Assembly (NCBI GenBank): GCA_009103225.1 | Contig: RHPI01002048.1 | Location: 1,203,906 to 1,267,905 of the forward strand | Length of the DNA stretch: 64,000 bases | Direction of reading: 5' to 3' | From: Chlorokybus atmophyticus | Lineage: Eukaryota > Plantae > Mesostigma and Chlorokybus algae | Shown here: positions 38,452 through 51,561 of the stretch, in pieces | How the letters are laid out: each line of letters starts with the position of its first letter | Position numbering within the stretch: position 1 is the stretch's first letter | Position numbers and translations under genes: made by a program | Notes under the pieces: model-generated | Databases searched by the model: none | What the model saw: only the letters and a program-made list of their open reading frames with translations | What the model was told of the DNA's origin: nothing

Positions 38452-40972
38452 TATGAAGGTGAGGTTGGCATGATAGCTACAATCTTTATCTTCATTTCAA
38501 CTTGTCCTTTCACTGGCAACGCACCCCCCGCACCGGCAGCTGAAAATGCAGAGGGTTTACACGCTATCTTGTTGCGCACAACTCATTGTTCCTTAACGAA
38601 ATTGTGTGTTGCACCAGTGTCAACCAAGAACAAACTATTACGAACTATTTACACCTTGCATTGTGCCACTAAATATCCACAACAGAGGTACAACCCGTCG
38701 TTGAAATGTAGCCAAGAGTCCGTGACTAATGCGAGGGTTGAGTAAAATCGCTGACAATCGCACTGTCCTTGTTTCACGCTTGCTAAGCTGCTTCAACACA
38801 GTTCCCCCTTGAGTGTGTTTTAATCATGGGCCATGATATTTAGGCACCATCACTACCACACTTAAGGTTGTGTGCTTACTTTGCAACTCAGTCAAAGTGT
38901 GCAACACATCGGTAAGCATGTTAAACTTTACATGTACCAACACACAAGCATTCTCTTCCAATTTTTCAACATCACAAAGTGGCAACTTGCTATGTGCTTG
39001 CCATGCATGTGTCATTACATGCACTTGGAACATCTCATCAAACCAGTTTGCTACTAGTACAAGCAACTGGGTATCAACCACTTCAACATCAGTCACGACG
39101 TAATCGATTCAACCTTCTTGGCCTTGCCCTTCCCCTTGGTTGAGCAGTTCTTCGCAATGTGACCTTGCTGATGGCACACGTAGCAGGCGCGTGCCGCAAT
39201 AGGCGTAGCACCACTCGCAGGTGCGTATGAGGTCTTGGCCTTTTTCGCCGCATGCAAACTTGGTGGAGGGAACCGCTTCCCCCCTCCCCTATGTGGCTTG
39301 ACTGAAGCCACCACCTGAGACTTGTCCTGCACAGCCGCAGCATCGTCGTTGAACCGATACACACTCAACCTTTGCAAGGTTGCGAGGTCCGCGGGAACCC
39401 ACGGTTGCCCCGTCGACGTGTTGTATCGCAACTGGTCGCGCAAGCGCGCATCTAAGCCGCGCTTGTACAAGTCGAACTGCTTAGCCTTGTCCATGGGCTT
39501 GAGCCCACTGTTGACACAGCCAACAAGTGCCTGAAACTCCTGCAAGTACACTAAAGCCGCTCGACCATTCTGTCGCAGCTTGGTAAGCTTGTTGCGAGCA
39601 GCAGTAGCCGGGTCCATGCCACCGTAGCGCTCCACCAAGAACTGAAACAATGCCTCCACATCCTTGAAAGCCATTCTCTGTTTGACGTGCCCACTCGGCC
39701 AAAGCGTCAGGTGGCATGAGCAACTCAGCAACAAATGTATGCTCACTAACTGGTCGCTGAAGTGCAGCCAAGTAGCGCTTCACATTCACCACCTGATCAC
39801 GAATGTTCACAGCCCCATTGGGCTTGAACTTCTTGGGCTTGTTCAGCGCTGTGACGGGTAGGCCAACTGATGTCCCTGCCACAATTGTGGTAGCCCCGGC
39901 CATTTGCTGGCGTAATGCCACCAACTCGGACTGCATAGCATCGAGTGAAAACAAGCGCTCTTCGCGAGCGAACTTCTCCTCCAGCTCAGGCCCCAAGTAC
40001 CCGAAGAGGTCCTTGCAACGCTTCTGAGTTTTCACCGTTAATAAGGTGAGAGCCTCGAACGCCATCCTCAGGAAAGGATACGGGCCTAATTTGTTAACAA
40101 GTCCATCTCATATGCATTACAAACTTGCTGCGCCCACTCATCCCACACTTCCTTGCGAAGCTGGGGGTGTGCGGCAAGAAGAGCCTCACGCTCTGATGCG
40201 TACTTTGCTATGGCCGCCCCAATGATGCTCTGAGCGTCCATAGATTGTTCATCATGAGAGGACTTCTTTGAAAAAGCTTCGCCACTCTTGAACTTGGCTT
40301 CTTCCTCCTCACTGACATTGTAACTACCACTTGTTTTCGAGTGCTTCACTTCCTCATCACTTGATGGCTCATAGGATGAATCCTCAGGAACGGGAAACAT
40401 CCCGCCTTCCTCTCCTTGGTAACACAGCTGCCCAAGGAGACAAGCCGTCAATAAGTTGCAAGTGCACGAGTGCACAAGCACACGAGTTGAGCACTCAAAA
40501 AGTGTTAAAATGTTTTGTTTATTTCTCGTTTATTTCAAGGTGCTATACTCGGGCTAAGCAGCACGTACAATGACTGCCCAACACCTTTCAACAAGACGCT
40601 TGCTTGTAAACAAACCGTACGCGAATCCACGCGACGGTTCACAAGCTACAACAACTCAAAGTTTTTACTTTGTACAACCCTGCTCAACTCACAATTGTAA
40701 ATGACACAAAAGGTGCCAAACTCTTGTTGAATCAGCCCTACAGGCTAATATCAACAAGTTGTGAGTCGCGGGTTTGATATCAATTACTCAAAATAAATAT
40801 GGCGGCCCTACCGAACTGAATGGCGGCCAAACCGCCCAAGTTGGCATTAAATTGCTTTCTTGGGGTGGGAGAAGTGTAAACAACCACACACCCCCCCCCC
40901 TTACACCACCACGAATTCACGTGGTGGCAGCCCCAACCACGAGCACACTCACAAGTAATAATGTGATAATTA

Positions 40973-43902
40973 CAGTCAGACGCCGATATAAGCATCCCTT
41001 ATATTCTGAGCAGTTGTATGCTTCTAAACGTCTTATGCAACTACTGACATAAGCATATTATATGTTACTATCAGGCAAGCGGGACTATTACGAGCATAAT
41101 ATATGCTCTTATCGGCGCAGGCTTTTACAGGCAAAAGCTATGCTTTTCAATGTAAATATGTCATATGCGTGCACACATGAAATAATGCATGAATAAGCAA
41201 GCTATGTGCTACATTACAACAAGCAATGTGCTTATCAATTCTTAAATAGAGGCTGTTTCGATTACACGTCCTCCTCCTCGCTCATAATCGCATTATCATT
41301 AACAACGAAGAAGTTATCTAAAGTAGTTTGCTGTCGTGCGTCGCGTGCGCCAAACACCTGGATATGGATGAGCTTAGAACGCAGTTTACGCAATGCCAAC
41401 TGCTCGATTTCTGTAAAGTTCTCCGCGTGAGAGACGAGATAAGCTTCAAACTTGTTGAGCGCATCCATGCCCTCTTCAAGCGAAACAGGCGGAGGTGGTA
41501 CACTGTCAAAGTCCTCGTCATCTGCTTGCAAACGCAATCAACTTTGCCACAAGCACCAAGCATTACAATGTGCACGCAAGACAGGCCTGTTATTACCTTC
41601 TCCAGCAATCACATTATCATTAGTTTCCTCAGGCTGCAGCTCCACCCCCACACTAGCAAGAACTGCCTCATCAGAGTATTCTGGCTCTGTGGGGAAATGA
41701 GCATCAGCTGCCAAGTACTCCTCAACTGTTGGCAAGTCATCAGCTGGAAGTTCAAGCCTGCTCATCAAGTCCCAAAGGTCGTCAAGGTCCTGCATTTGTC
41801 ACTCCTTTCTGTTAGGTGGGGCATATGCGCGCATGAGCATTGTCATATGCATGCGTGTACCGTTGATGATGCAGCTATTGTTGAAGGCTCGCTATAAGCA
41901 CGCGTCTCAGATGCCCATGCTTGAGGAATGATACGTGTATGGCGCCAGCGATTGCGTATGGTTGAGGGAGTGACTTCGCCCCATGCCTCCTTGCTCCACA
42001 TGATTGCATCACGTGCATTGACCGGCACTTTCCTTAAGTCCATGGTGGGGTCAGCTTCGTGGTGCTGAAGCATGTGTGCTAGTAGCTTGCGCTTGTACCT
42101 AAGATGAGCTTTACACTGTTCAGTGTGAGCGTATGACAGCACCATGCATGTCGTCTTACCTCATCTTGTACGCGGCAATGATGCCGGCATCAAGCGGTTG
42201 CACCTCTGAAGTTGTGTTTGCTGGCAAGAACAAGCAAGTCAGGTGCGACAACTTCAAGGTCTTGAAACCTTTGTTGTTGCCTGTCACGGCGTTCGCGCAC
42301 TGATTTGTTGACGAGTTGTCCAACAGCAACAGCACCTTGCGCTTGGCCTGCTCCATCTCATGGTTGAAGCCAATCAACCAAGTCGTGAACACCTGCAAAC
42401 AGCACAAGCGTGAGTACATAATGCACCACCACCATGGTGATGCACACCTACACTCAACAACTTTCCGCTTGCGCTAGCTGCAAAGCACAAGCGCTTATAA
42501 CACGAGTGCAGCACGCGCGCACGCACGCACACACAACACAAGTGCTGCACACGCACAATACAAGTGCAGCACGCACATGGATGCGCACAATGTAAGTGCA
42601 GCAGCACGTGTGCATGCACACACAATAAGTGTTGCACACACAGCCATGCACATACAATACAAGTCATGTGCAGCTCGCGCACAAGCACAGTTGCTGTGCA
42701 GCATGCATATTACGTTTGCTACACACCTTGTTGTTCATCCACGCGGTCTTGTTGTGCGTGTATAGAACGCCTATCTGGCTGGGACGCCATGCTCCAAAGC
42801 ATTGTGGCTTCTTAGAGTTCCCAATCACAATCATAGGGCGCTTGTCGCTGCCTGAAGCGTTGCAGCACAGCATGATCGTGAAGCGAGTGCGAGCTTTCTT
42901 GTAACCTTTGACCTTGTTGCCTATCTTTGCCAACGTTCTCGATGGGCGCAGCCGAATGTATAGTATTGTCTCATCCATAATATAAACGTCCTCTGAGTCG
43001 AACTCAGCCAGAACTGCCATGAATTTGCTTGGTTACATGATGCATGCATGGCGCATTAGCAAAGGTATGTGTGCACGTGACTGAACTTACCTTAAGGCAG
43101 ATCCGTCAACGCATGCATGACTCCCGCTTGATCGGCATCTCCGCTTTCACCATGAGCGGTAAAGGGTTTGATGCCAAAACGACCCTTCCATCCCCGCAAC
43201 CAACAGCTGGATACTGCAAATGTGTCTGGCAGCTTCATAAGGCTTGCGAAATTGCGCGCCTTCTCCGTCACGAGCAAGTCCGAGATGCATGCGTTGTTGG
43301 CCATTGCACGCTCAAACCACACATTCAAGGCATTGTCAAGCTGTGGATGGTGGCCTAAACGCATGCGTTTGCTGCTAGTTGCCATGGGTCCCGCAGTGTT
43401 GGCACGCTCAATGATTGAATCACCATCCTTTAGCAAGCGAGAAAGCACAGACTGGCATAGCTCAACATTAAGCTCTTTCCTAACCAATGCAAGCTGATCA
43501 GCCTGTTTCTTCACATGTTGATTGTTCCTGCACCATTCTACAATGTGTTTTTTATCTCCCAAACTCAATGCCGTACGTTTAGACGCCATGCCACCTGCTG
43601 TGCATTCTATGATCAGTGCCAGCATGCAAACTTGATGGTACAAACACGTGCACTCCACAACATACACACACAATAGCCTTGGTGTTATTAACGAAAGAGA
43701 CACACATGTATGCACATCAATGCACGCAATTGCAAGCACACATTGCAAGCACACTGACTGTGAGTGCAGCGCAGGCCATTGCGCTCACAGTCAGTTTGTA
43801 CAACATACAACATATACATTGCACATACACACAAATGCACACAGTAAGGTGCAATGTCAGCGTCTTTGTTAGTTACCTTTGCTGCCTATAACGCCTCTCG
43901 TC

Positions 43903-43935
<33 letters not shown>

Positions 43936-44252
43936 AATGTTTGGACGCCACAGGCTGACGACACAGGCCGCCGCCAAAGTCACGCAACAGGCAAGAGAAG
44001 ATATTGGTTAGAGGCATTCGTTATCCATAGTAACTGCCTATTGCAATTGATTGTGGCAGAATCTCACTGATACAAGCATATACAGCCGGTATTTAGGCTT
44101 TTAGAACTATGTTACTACCGATAGTAACATTGCTTATATCGGTCATTGAGTAGTTGGAGGGACGTTGGTGACGCGGAAAATTATGCAAATAATTATGCAA
44201 ATAATAATGGCGATATGTTTCTCACGGTCATGCTTATATCAGCATCTGACTT
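40973..44252 (-). mobile_element. pogo/Tigger-like (Tc1/mariner) DNA transposon in the F leader
   Basis: TIRs CAGTCAGACGCCGATATAAGCAT / ATGCTTATATCAGCATCTGACT; TA TSD at 40971-40972 and 44253-44254; flanks rejoin to match the element A leader. Confidence 0.9.
41262..43589 (-). pseudogene. Spliced pogo/Tigger transposase: CENP-B-type HTH plus DDE_1 domain
   Basis: MASKRTALSLGDKKHI..HPQLDNALNVWF..WLRGWKGRFGI..HGESG; MDET; KTAWM; LLLLDN; FLPANTTSEVQPLDAGII; GT-AG introns near 43020-43090, 42395-42720, 42070-42155. Confidence 0.88.
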
Positions 44253-45153
44253 TACAAGTGATGTGCTGGGATGCAATACTTGAGGTGAGGCTGCCTGAGT
44301 GGCCGCCTCCCCTTCACACTAACAAGCTAGGCTAGGCCAGGCAAGCTAGGCTAGGCTAAGCAAGCAAGGCAAGGCAAGGCAAGGCTAGGCTACACCAACA
44401 GCAGCACTATACAACTATACAACAACAACAACTAGCTAACAACTACCACTACCCACCCTAGTGGGTAGCGGCTGCTAGCTGCCGCCGCTGCCGCCGCTGT
44501 CAAGCCGCCGGCCTGACGTCGGCACTGAGCAGTGCCGACTGCCGCCTTTGCGCCCCGCCGCCGTCAAAGCCGTCGCCGCCCCCCCGGGCCCCCACGCCCT
44601 CGCTCCGATACCAATTGTAAGAAGAGGGGTGCTACTGCCCCCTATCCCCTACCCCAACACCACCACCACAGCAACGTCGCCGCCGCCGCTGGCAGCCAGG
44701 GGATCGAAAGATCCCCTGGCTATGGCGATCGCTGCGTTAGCAGCGCCGTCATGCGGCCGATATTGATTTGAGACATGAGTCTCAAGTCGATATCGGTGTT
44801 ACATAACATAACACCTTCTGAGGGTCTAGAAAGGCCCTCATACGACTCTAATGGCTGTGTTTATCCCGTTGGGACCCTTATTGCTCATTAAATAAGGGCG
44901 GGGAACCGCATAGCGATAGCACTCCCTTACAGATGTGGCCATTATTCAGTTCGAGAAAAGACGGCTACGACACTTAATTTGCACCAACAACTTTTTTTTC
45001 AAGGCAGCTGGCTACTAAACTAAGTTGTGGCTGCAGCAGGAAAAAGTGCAAAATTGATATGTTGCTTACATGTGGATCCATAAATAAGTTATAGCTGACT
45101 CTCCATTTAAGTCGTGGGCAAGGCCGAACTGTTTAGGGGCCATTCCACCGGTG

Positions 45154-46919
45154 CTTCTGCAGTAGGCATTGAATACCTTCCCCTCTTGGTCTTGTTGAGG
45201 GGGAGATAGTCACCGCACACGCCGGTCTGTCCAGTAGCTTGTTGAATTTTTCTTTGGGGGCATAACGATCGCGGCCGCAAAGTCCGATGTGGACTCCTTG
45301 ATCAGGCCTGCATCTGACAGAGCCTTGCACCTTTGCTCCACCGAGTCTTCTTCCAACTTGGAGAGTCTGCACTGTCGTCGGAACACCGGTTCGGTGTCCA
45401 CCAACTCGATGTCCATTTGGTAGACTAAACAGCTACCCAGCTCCTTCACGCTGAAGCTGAGCTGGCTCCTCCACTTATTGAGGAGAGCCTCGAGTTGTTC
45501 TTATGTCTGGCCTGTAGCCAGCGGTCTAATGGCATGGGACCAAGAGGTAGCGTTGGCGACCACTGAAATGTCATCCATAGTGACTACTGCCTACTCCTGA
45601 ATGTGGGCGGTCTCGAGGGCAGTGTGTGCCGCTTTGGTCTCTCGAACGCAATCAGCCNTGCTAAAGACGGTGCAGTATCCTACATCATAAAAGATACCCT
45701 CTGCAGTAGGCATTGGAAACTTGTTTTGTTTAGTCTTGTTGTTGAGGGGGCGATAGTCGCCGCACATGCGCCGGTCTGTCTAATTGCCTGCTGAATCCTT
45801 TTTTAGGGGCATGACGGTCGCAGCCGCAAAGTCCGACGTGGACTCCTCAATCAGGCCTGCATTCAGCAGAGCCTTGCACCTCTGCTCGACCAAGTCTTCT
45901 TCCAACTTAAAGAGTTGGTACTGTCGCCGAGACACCGACTCGGTGTCCACCAACTCGATGGCCATCTGATAAACTGAGCAAACACCCAGTTCCCTTACGC
46001 TAAAACTGAACTGGCTTCTCCACTTGTCGAAGAGAGCCTCCAGTTCTCGCGTCGGGCCTGTAGCCAGTGGTCCAATGGCATGGGATCAAGAGGTAGCGTT
46101 GGCGACCACTGGGATGTCCTCCACAGTGACTGCTGCCTGCTCCTCCATATGGGCAATTTCGAGGGCGGTGTGTGCCGCTTTGGTCTCTTGCACGCGATCG
46201 GCCCACCCCCCTGCCAGGTGTTCAAGCTCTTGGAAGGACACATGGCGGTCTTGGAGAGCAAAGCACATCTCTAACAACCACACCATGCTGTTCTGTTTCA
46301 TGGCGCGCCCATACAACTGACACTACTACTGACTATTGGTCAGCATGAAACTTGTGATACTGCCTGAACAGAAACCCACGACGACGGCATTCGCGCTCAC
46401 GAGCATTGGGTTCCTCCAGCCGGCCTGTGTTGAAATCCAACACCATGTCGTCGTCTTTGTCGGAAAGCGTATGAAGTTGGGTAAGACACAAGAGCTGGGA
46501 GTGCACGGCGCAGTTGACCAGGCTGATTGCAATGGTAGAAGTGCTGGTGATTGTGTCGCATGACCGGTTGTGCTGTGCGCTCAGTGTCCAGGATGGCGTC
46601 GACGGTGAGATGAACGATTGCTATGCAAATGCTCAGCAGCGAAGAGATCCTCCATTGTGGCCAGGTTGGTCCATTTGGCGCGGACACAATGAGCACGGGA
46701 TCCACGACGCGCTGCATTGATTTTAAGAGGATGCCCCAGCAAGGAGCACAGCTGTTGAAAGCTTTTGGCCATGTGATGACGGTTATCGTCCTCGGAGTGC
46801 ACGTTCTCGATGATGTTCCCCATAGGCCTACAAAACTGGTTGATTTGCAGGAGTTTTATGACGCGCATCAGCTCCCAAAATAGTTGCGAGCAAGAATCAA
46901 GAAGTCCTTGGCCTCTGCC
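45154..46919 (-). pseudogene. 5' part of Gypsy G: gag remnant, degenerate zinc knuckle, two tandem diverged copies of the protease-RT linker and RT start
   Basis: FYHCNQPGQLRRA knuckle remnant ~46500; IELVDTE..LEED.VEQRCKAL..AGLI.ESTSDFAAA.VMP.KK present twice (45154-45660 and 45661-46240). Confidence 0.75.
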
Positions 46920-49900
46920 TGTTGAAGGACTAGCATGCACATGCAGCTGAGGCAAGCATGGACACACAGAGACAGAGCTACCGCCACCAGAGCATACACA
47001 AGCCACATCACATTCATCTATTACAAGTTGTCCGCTGGTTCTTATACCAGCCAGTTACATACACGGCTACATTTGCAAGCACTGCGTAAGCTATACTCAG
47101 CCTTTTTACGCGCTCTAAGCTGTGCTGTCTTCCTTACAACTAGAGCTTTGCAACAAGCTTTTACACGCTTAATATGAGTAAGTATACGCGGAGATACGAA
47201 GCAGTTAGTAAGGCTCTAGTCTGGAGTCCGGAGTCTGGTCCGACGGTGCTGTCTTGCTAAGTCCGGACCTAGTGCTCGTCTCTACAAACTTCTACTCCTG
47301 TGTGGAGGGTCGATACTGATCGTATGTAGGAATACTCTCAACACTCCCACGCGAGCAGCTTGACCTCCAATGCTTGCTTTTATTGTTAAACAGATGCCAA
47401 GTCCTGCGCAACAAGTCTTGAACTCGAGCGGTGACAATGGCTTTGTCATGAAGTCCGCCAGCATGTCTTCAGTATTACAGTACTGGAACTCCACTACTCT
47501 CCCGGTCTCGCACAAAGTGATGCATAAAATCAATGTGCTTCGTCCTTGCCGAGGCAATGGAATGCTTTAACAACTTGATGGCTCCTTGGTTGTCACAGTT
47601 GATGACGACGCACGCAATAGGGTGCTCCAGGTCGACCATAAGCTTGCGAAGCCAAAATGCCTTTTTCACATCTGCTGCCATGAACTCAGCCTCTGTTGTA
47701 GATGCTGCAGTAGTGGGTCGTAGCCTGCTGTTCCAGCTCACTTCACTTCCGTCTAACTTGAACAGGTGGCCTATTGTGGACTTCCTGCTGTCGAGGTATT
47801 TAGCAAAATCCGAGTCGCAGTACCCCTCCACCGGAGTGCTCCCGCTCCCAAACTTGATTCCAATTGTTGCGCTTCCGGCAACATAACGTAGTACTCCCTT
47901 TGCAGCTTTTCAGTGCTCGGTGCTTGGTGCAGACATGTAGCGTGCAAGTACTCCCGCAGCATGTGCAACATCGGGACGTGTGCACACTACCAGATAGAGC
48001 ATGCTGCCTACCAGTTCACCATACGGATACAGAGCCCTGTCGCGTACCTCCTGATTCTTTGCCTTAATGAGGGCAATGCCAAGTGCCAGCCGTGTGGTCT
48101 TGGTCTTTGTTTCGGTGAGCCCGAACTTGGTGACGAGTCTTCTCACCATCTGCTCCTGATCAATCTTGATTATGTGTGCCGCTTTGTCGAGCTCAATCAC
48201 TATGTCAAGAAACCACTTGGCCTCTCCAAGATTACAAAATGAGAATGCTTGTTGTGGAGCAAGCTTCGTCTCCTGCGGGTGGTGCACTTGCCTGACGGTG
48301 ATGATAATATCATCAACATGCACGAACAGCCAGACCTTGTTGTTTGCATGGATGAAGAGTTCAGGATTTGCAGAGGATGCAGTGTAGCAGAGTGTCTCTA
48401 GCTCCTGGGTTAGCTTGATGTGCCACGCAGTGCCTGTCGCAGCCCGTATAGTGCCTTCATCAGCTTGCACGCTGTGCCTCTCTCCCTCTTCATACCCAGG
48501 TGGTTGCTCAGTAAAGATCTCCTCCTCTAGTTCTTCGTAGAGAAAGGCAGTCTTCACGTCAAGATGATGCAGCTTTCGGTCCTCAGCAGCAACCATAGCT
48601 AGCAGCGCGCGAAAGGTGGTATGCCTACTTGTAGGTGCAAATGCTTCATTGAAATCCACACCTTCCTGTTGCAAAAAGCCCTTTGCCACCGGTCTTGCCT
48701 TGTAGCGCTTGATGTTGCCCTGACCATCACGCTTCGCTCTGAAGACCCACTTTACTGGAATGGTCTTCACTCCTTGCGGTAACTGCTCCAGTGATCAAGT
48801 GTTGTTGGCATGGAGTGACGCAATCTCCTCGTCCATAGCACGCTGCCATTGCTCCGCATCTGGTGCTAACAATGTCTCCTCATATGTGCTTGGTTCTTCA
48901 CTCTGTATACTGGTGACGTATGCTTTATGATAGATGTCAGGTGCTGATCTCTGCCTCCCAGGGTATCTCCGAGCTGCGTGCTCCTACTGTAGGTGCGACT
49001 GCTTGTCTGCTATAGTAGAGTCCTGCTCACTCTTGTCATCGATGATGGCCTTGCCTGCAGCTCCCCCTGTCGTAGGAAGTTCCTCCGGCTGTGCTTCATC
49101 TGCATCTCGAGGAAAGAAGCTTGCTTCTGGTTGTGATAATCCCTCGTGAAAAACCACCTCTCTGCTCACGATGATCTTTTCAGTGTCCTCCAGCAAGATC
49201 CAGTAAGCCTTGGAACCCGGCTCATAGCCAACGAAGATGCCCTTCTTGCTGATTGGCTCCAACTTGTGCCTCAGCTGTTCAGGCACTAGTGCATATGCTG
49301 TGCATCAAAATACACGCATACCACTCACATCTGGTGTGGCTCCGTAGAAGAGCTCCCATTGCGTCTTCTGCTTCGAGCTCATTGGAGACCTATTGCGGAT
49401 GTAGTTGGCAGTGAGTACTGCCTCTTTCCACAAACTATCTTCAATCCCTGCATCGTTGAGCATGGCTCGAACACGCTCCAGGAGTGTTCTGTTAAAGCGT
49501 TCAGCTGCTCCATTCTGCTGCGGGGTGTAGGGTGCCGTTGTCTCGTGGTGTATGCCCTTGCTGGCGAAAAACTCCTTCAACTCCTTGTTGATATACTCCC
49601 CTCCTCGGTCACTCCTCATTGCCATCATTTTGTTGCCAAACTGCGTCTCCCACAAGGCCACAACTGTGCGCACAACTCCAGCAACTTCTGACTTGAGCGT
49701 CAATGGAAAGATGATGGACAGCTTGCTGTAGTCGTCGAGAAATGTAGCAAAGTACCTGGCCCCTCCCTTTGCCACAATGCGCTTAGGGCAACAGACATCC
49801 ATGTGCACAAGCTCGCATGGATGCTGATTACTAAAAGAGGATAATGGGAATGGCATAGCATGCTGCTCTGCAACCAGGCATGGTTCACAAAGTGCACCTG

Positions 49901-51561
49901 ATGCATGCTTGAGTTTCAGTGTCGAGATGGATGCCGTTAACCATCTTCTCAGTAACAAGGCGAGTAAGGTTGACGTAGCTCAGATGCCCAAACCTCTAGT
50001 GCCACAATGTTGGCGACTCCTTATTCATCACCATGGCTTGAATATCGATGTCTTGAGGCTGCTCCACGTGGTAGAGCCCTCCCGGACCAGTGATTCCAAC
50101 AATGTGCACGACCCCATCTAGAATGACTGAGCAGCCACCGTTTAAAAATAGGATCTCCGCGCCTAAGCGCTCCGCAACCCTTACAGAGAGTAGACTCGCC
50201 TTATATACATGCAAGACGTTGCGTAACACCTCGCTAGTGTGTTACCAACCTTGCACTGGAGTCGTACGTTGCCAACTCCCTCAGCCACCAGTACTTAGCC
50301 ACCGAAGCCCGCAACCTTCACTATAGACGTCAGCTTCTTGTAGCTCTCCGTCTCCTCCTTGTTGGGTGTGTGATGACGATTGCAGCCAGAGTCCACCACA
50401 CCCAAAAAGCTGTATTCTCCCTTGAACCGGATGCGGTGAAGGCGACATGTTTCTGCTCGTGATGATGCCTGTTGTTGCTGCTGCTGGTGCTTGCTCTAGG
50501 TTGCCCCTGTTGTTTCTTCCGACAGTCTCGCTCGATGTGACCCGTCCAACCACACCAATGGCATGTGAGGTCTTTGTAACGAGGGTTGCCCGGCTTGTTG
50601 CCCTTGTACTTCTCTTCATGGTTGCTCTTCTTTGCGTGCTTGCCGGTGTAGAAGGCGACGGCATCCGCTTGCTCGTCCTTCTGCACGACTGTCTCCTCCA
50701 CGGTGAGCAGCTTCAGTAGCACATCGTCTAACGCCAACTCCGATGATGACGTCTCCAACAGGGTTGCGACGACCTCGTACTCTGCTGGTAGCCCTGCAAC
50801 AATGGCCAGCACGACCACCATCTCCCCCATGTTGTGGCCGACGTTGATGAGGTCCGCCCATAGCTCTCTTGCGCGTGCAACATACTTCGTAATGGGTTCT
50901 GCTGCCTCCTTCATGAGTGCGCTGAGCTGCTTGCGTAGATGCAACTTTCCGGCATTATTGTTGGCTCTGAAAATGAGTGATAGCTTTTCCCAAGCTTGCC
51001 TACCATTTTCACATGCAGTGAGCACGGGAAAGTGATGCGGTTTGCAGTTCAACACAAGCAAAGAGTGTGCTTCTACCGAGTGCTCTGACCACACAGTGTT
51101 TGCTCTTGGTGTTGGTGGTGGTGCCTTTGGATTAACATACTTCCACACCTTCTTAAGGATGAGCAAGGCCTTCATCTCCACGCACCATGTGTTGTAGTTG
51201 TCGGTGTCCAGCTTTGCAATCTGCCCCTTGTCGTAGGTCGCATCCATCTCTGTCGTGCCTCCCTTTTCTTTCAGTTGACACCCAAGGCTCTGCTACCAAC
51301 AAGCTACCGTAGTGTAGAACTACTATGCACACAAGCTAGTCTCACACTCCTCAAGCGTAGTGTGGGCCCATAACCTGTTAAAGGAGTAGCATGCACATGT
51401 AGATGAGGCAAGCATGGACACACAAAGACAGAGCTACCGCCACCAGAGCATACACAAGTCACATCACATTCATCTATTACAAGTTGTCCGCTGGTTCTTA
51501 TACTAGCCAGTTACATACACGTCTACATTTGCAAGCACTGCGTAAGCTATACTCAGCCTTT
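46920..51561 (-). mobile_element. Ty1/Copia element H (3' LTR 46920-47343; 5' LTR from 51376, interrupted at 51561)
   Basis: gag MDATYDKG..NYNTW, CHWCGWTGHIERDC; integrase VHMDVC..RSDRGGEY..TAPYTPQQNGAAER; RT HLDVKTAFL..VHVDD; RNase H GYCDSD..NCDNQGAI; PBS GGTTATGGGCCC 51364-51375. Confidence 0.95.

Larger units (their letters stand above)
32311..44931 (-). mobile_element. Ty3/Gypsy chromovirus F (same lineage as A) with TSD GATGT; contains a second 3' half and an extra LTR
   Basis: LTRs 32311-32627 and 44616-44931; PBS TGGTATCGGAGC 44602-44613; PPT 32628-32640; GATGT at 32306-32310 and 44932-44936; empty site visible in C copy 1 (~23735). Confidence 0.93.
30812..45153. mobile_element. Non-autonomous CACTA-like element C, copy 2, with both termini and 3-bp TSD CTT
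   Basis: Left CACCGGTAGAATTGG, right reverse complement CACCGGTGGAATGG; CTT at 30809-30811 and 45154-45156; empty-site equivalent at ~45679-45712 (ctacatcataaaagataccctctgcagtagg). Confidence 0.85.
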
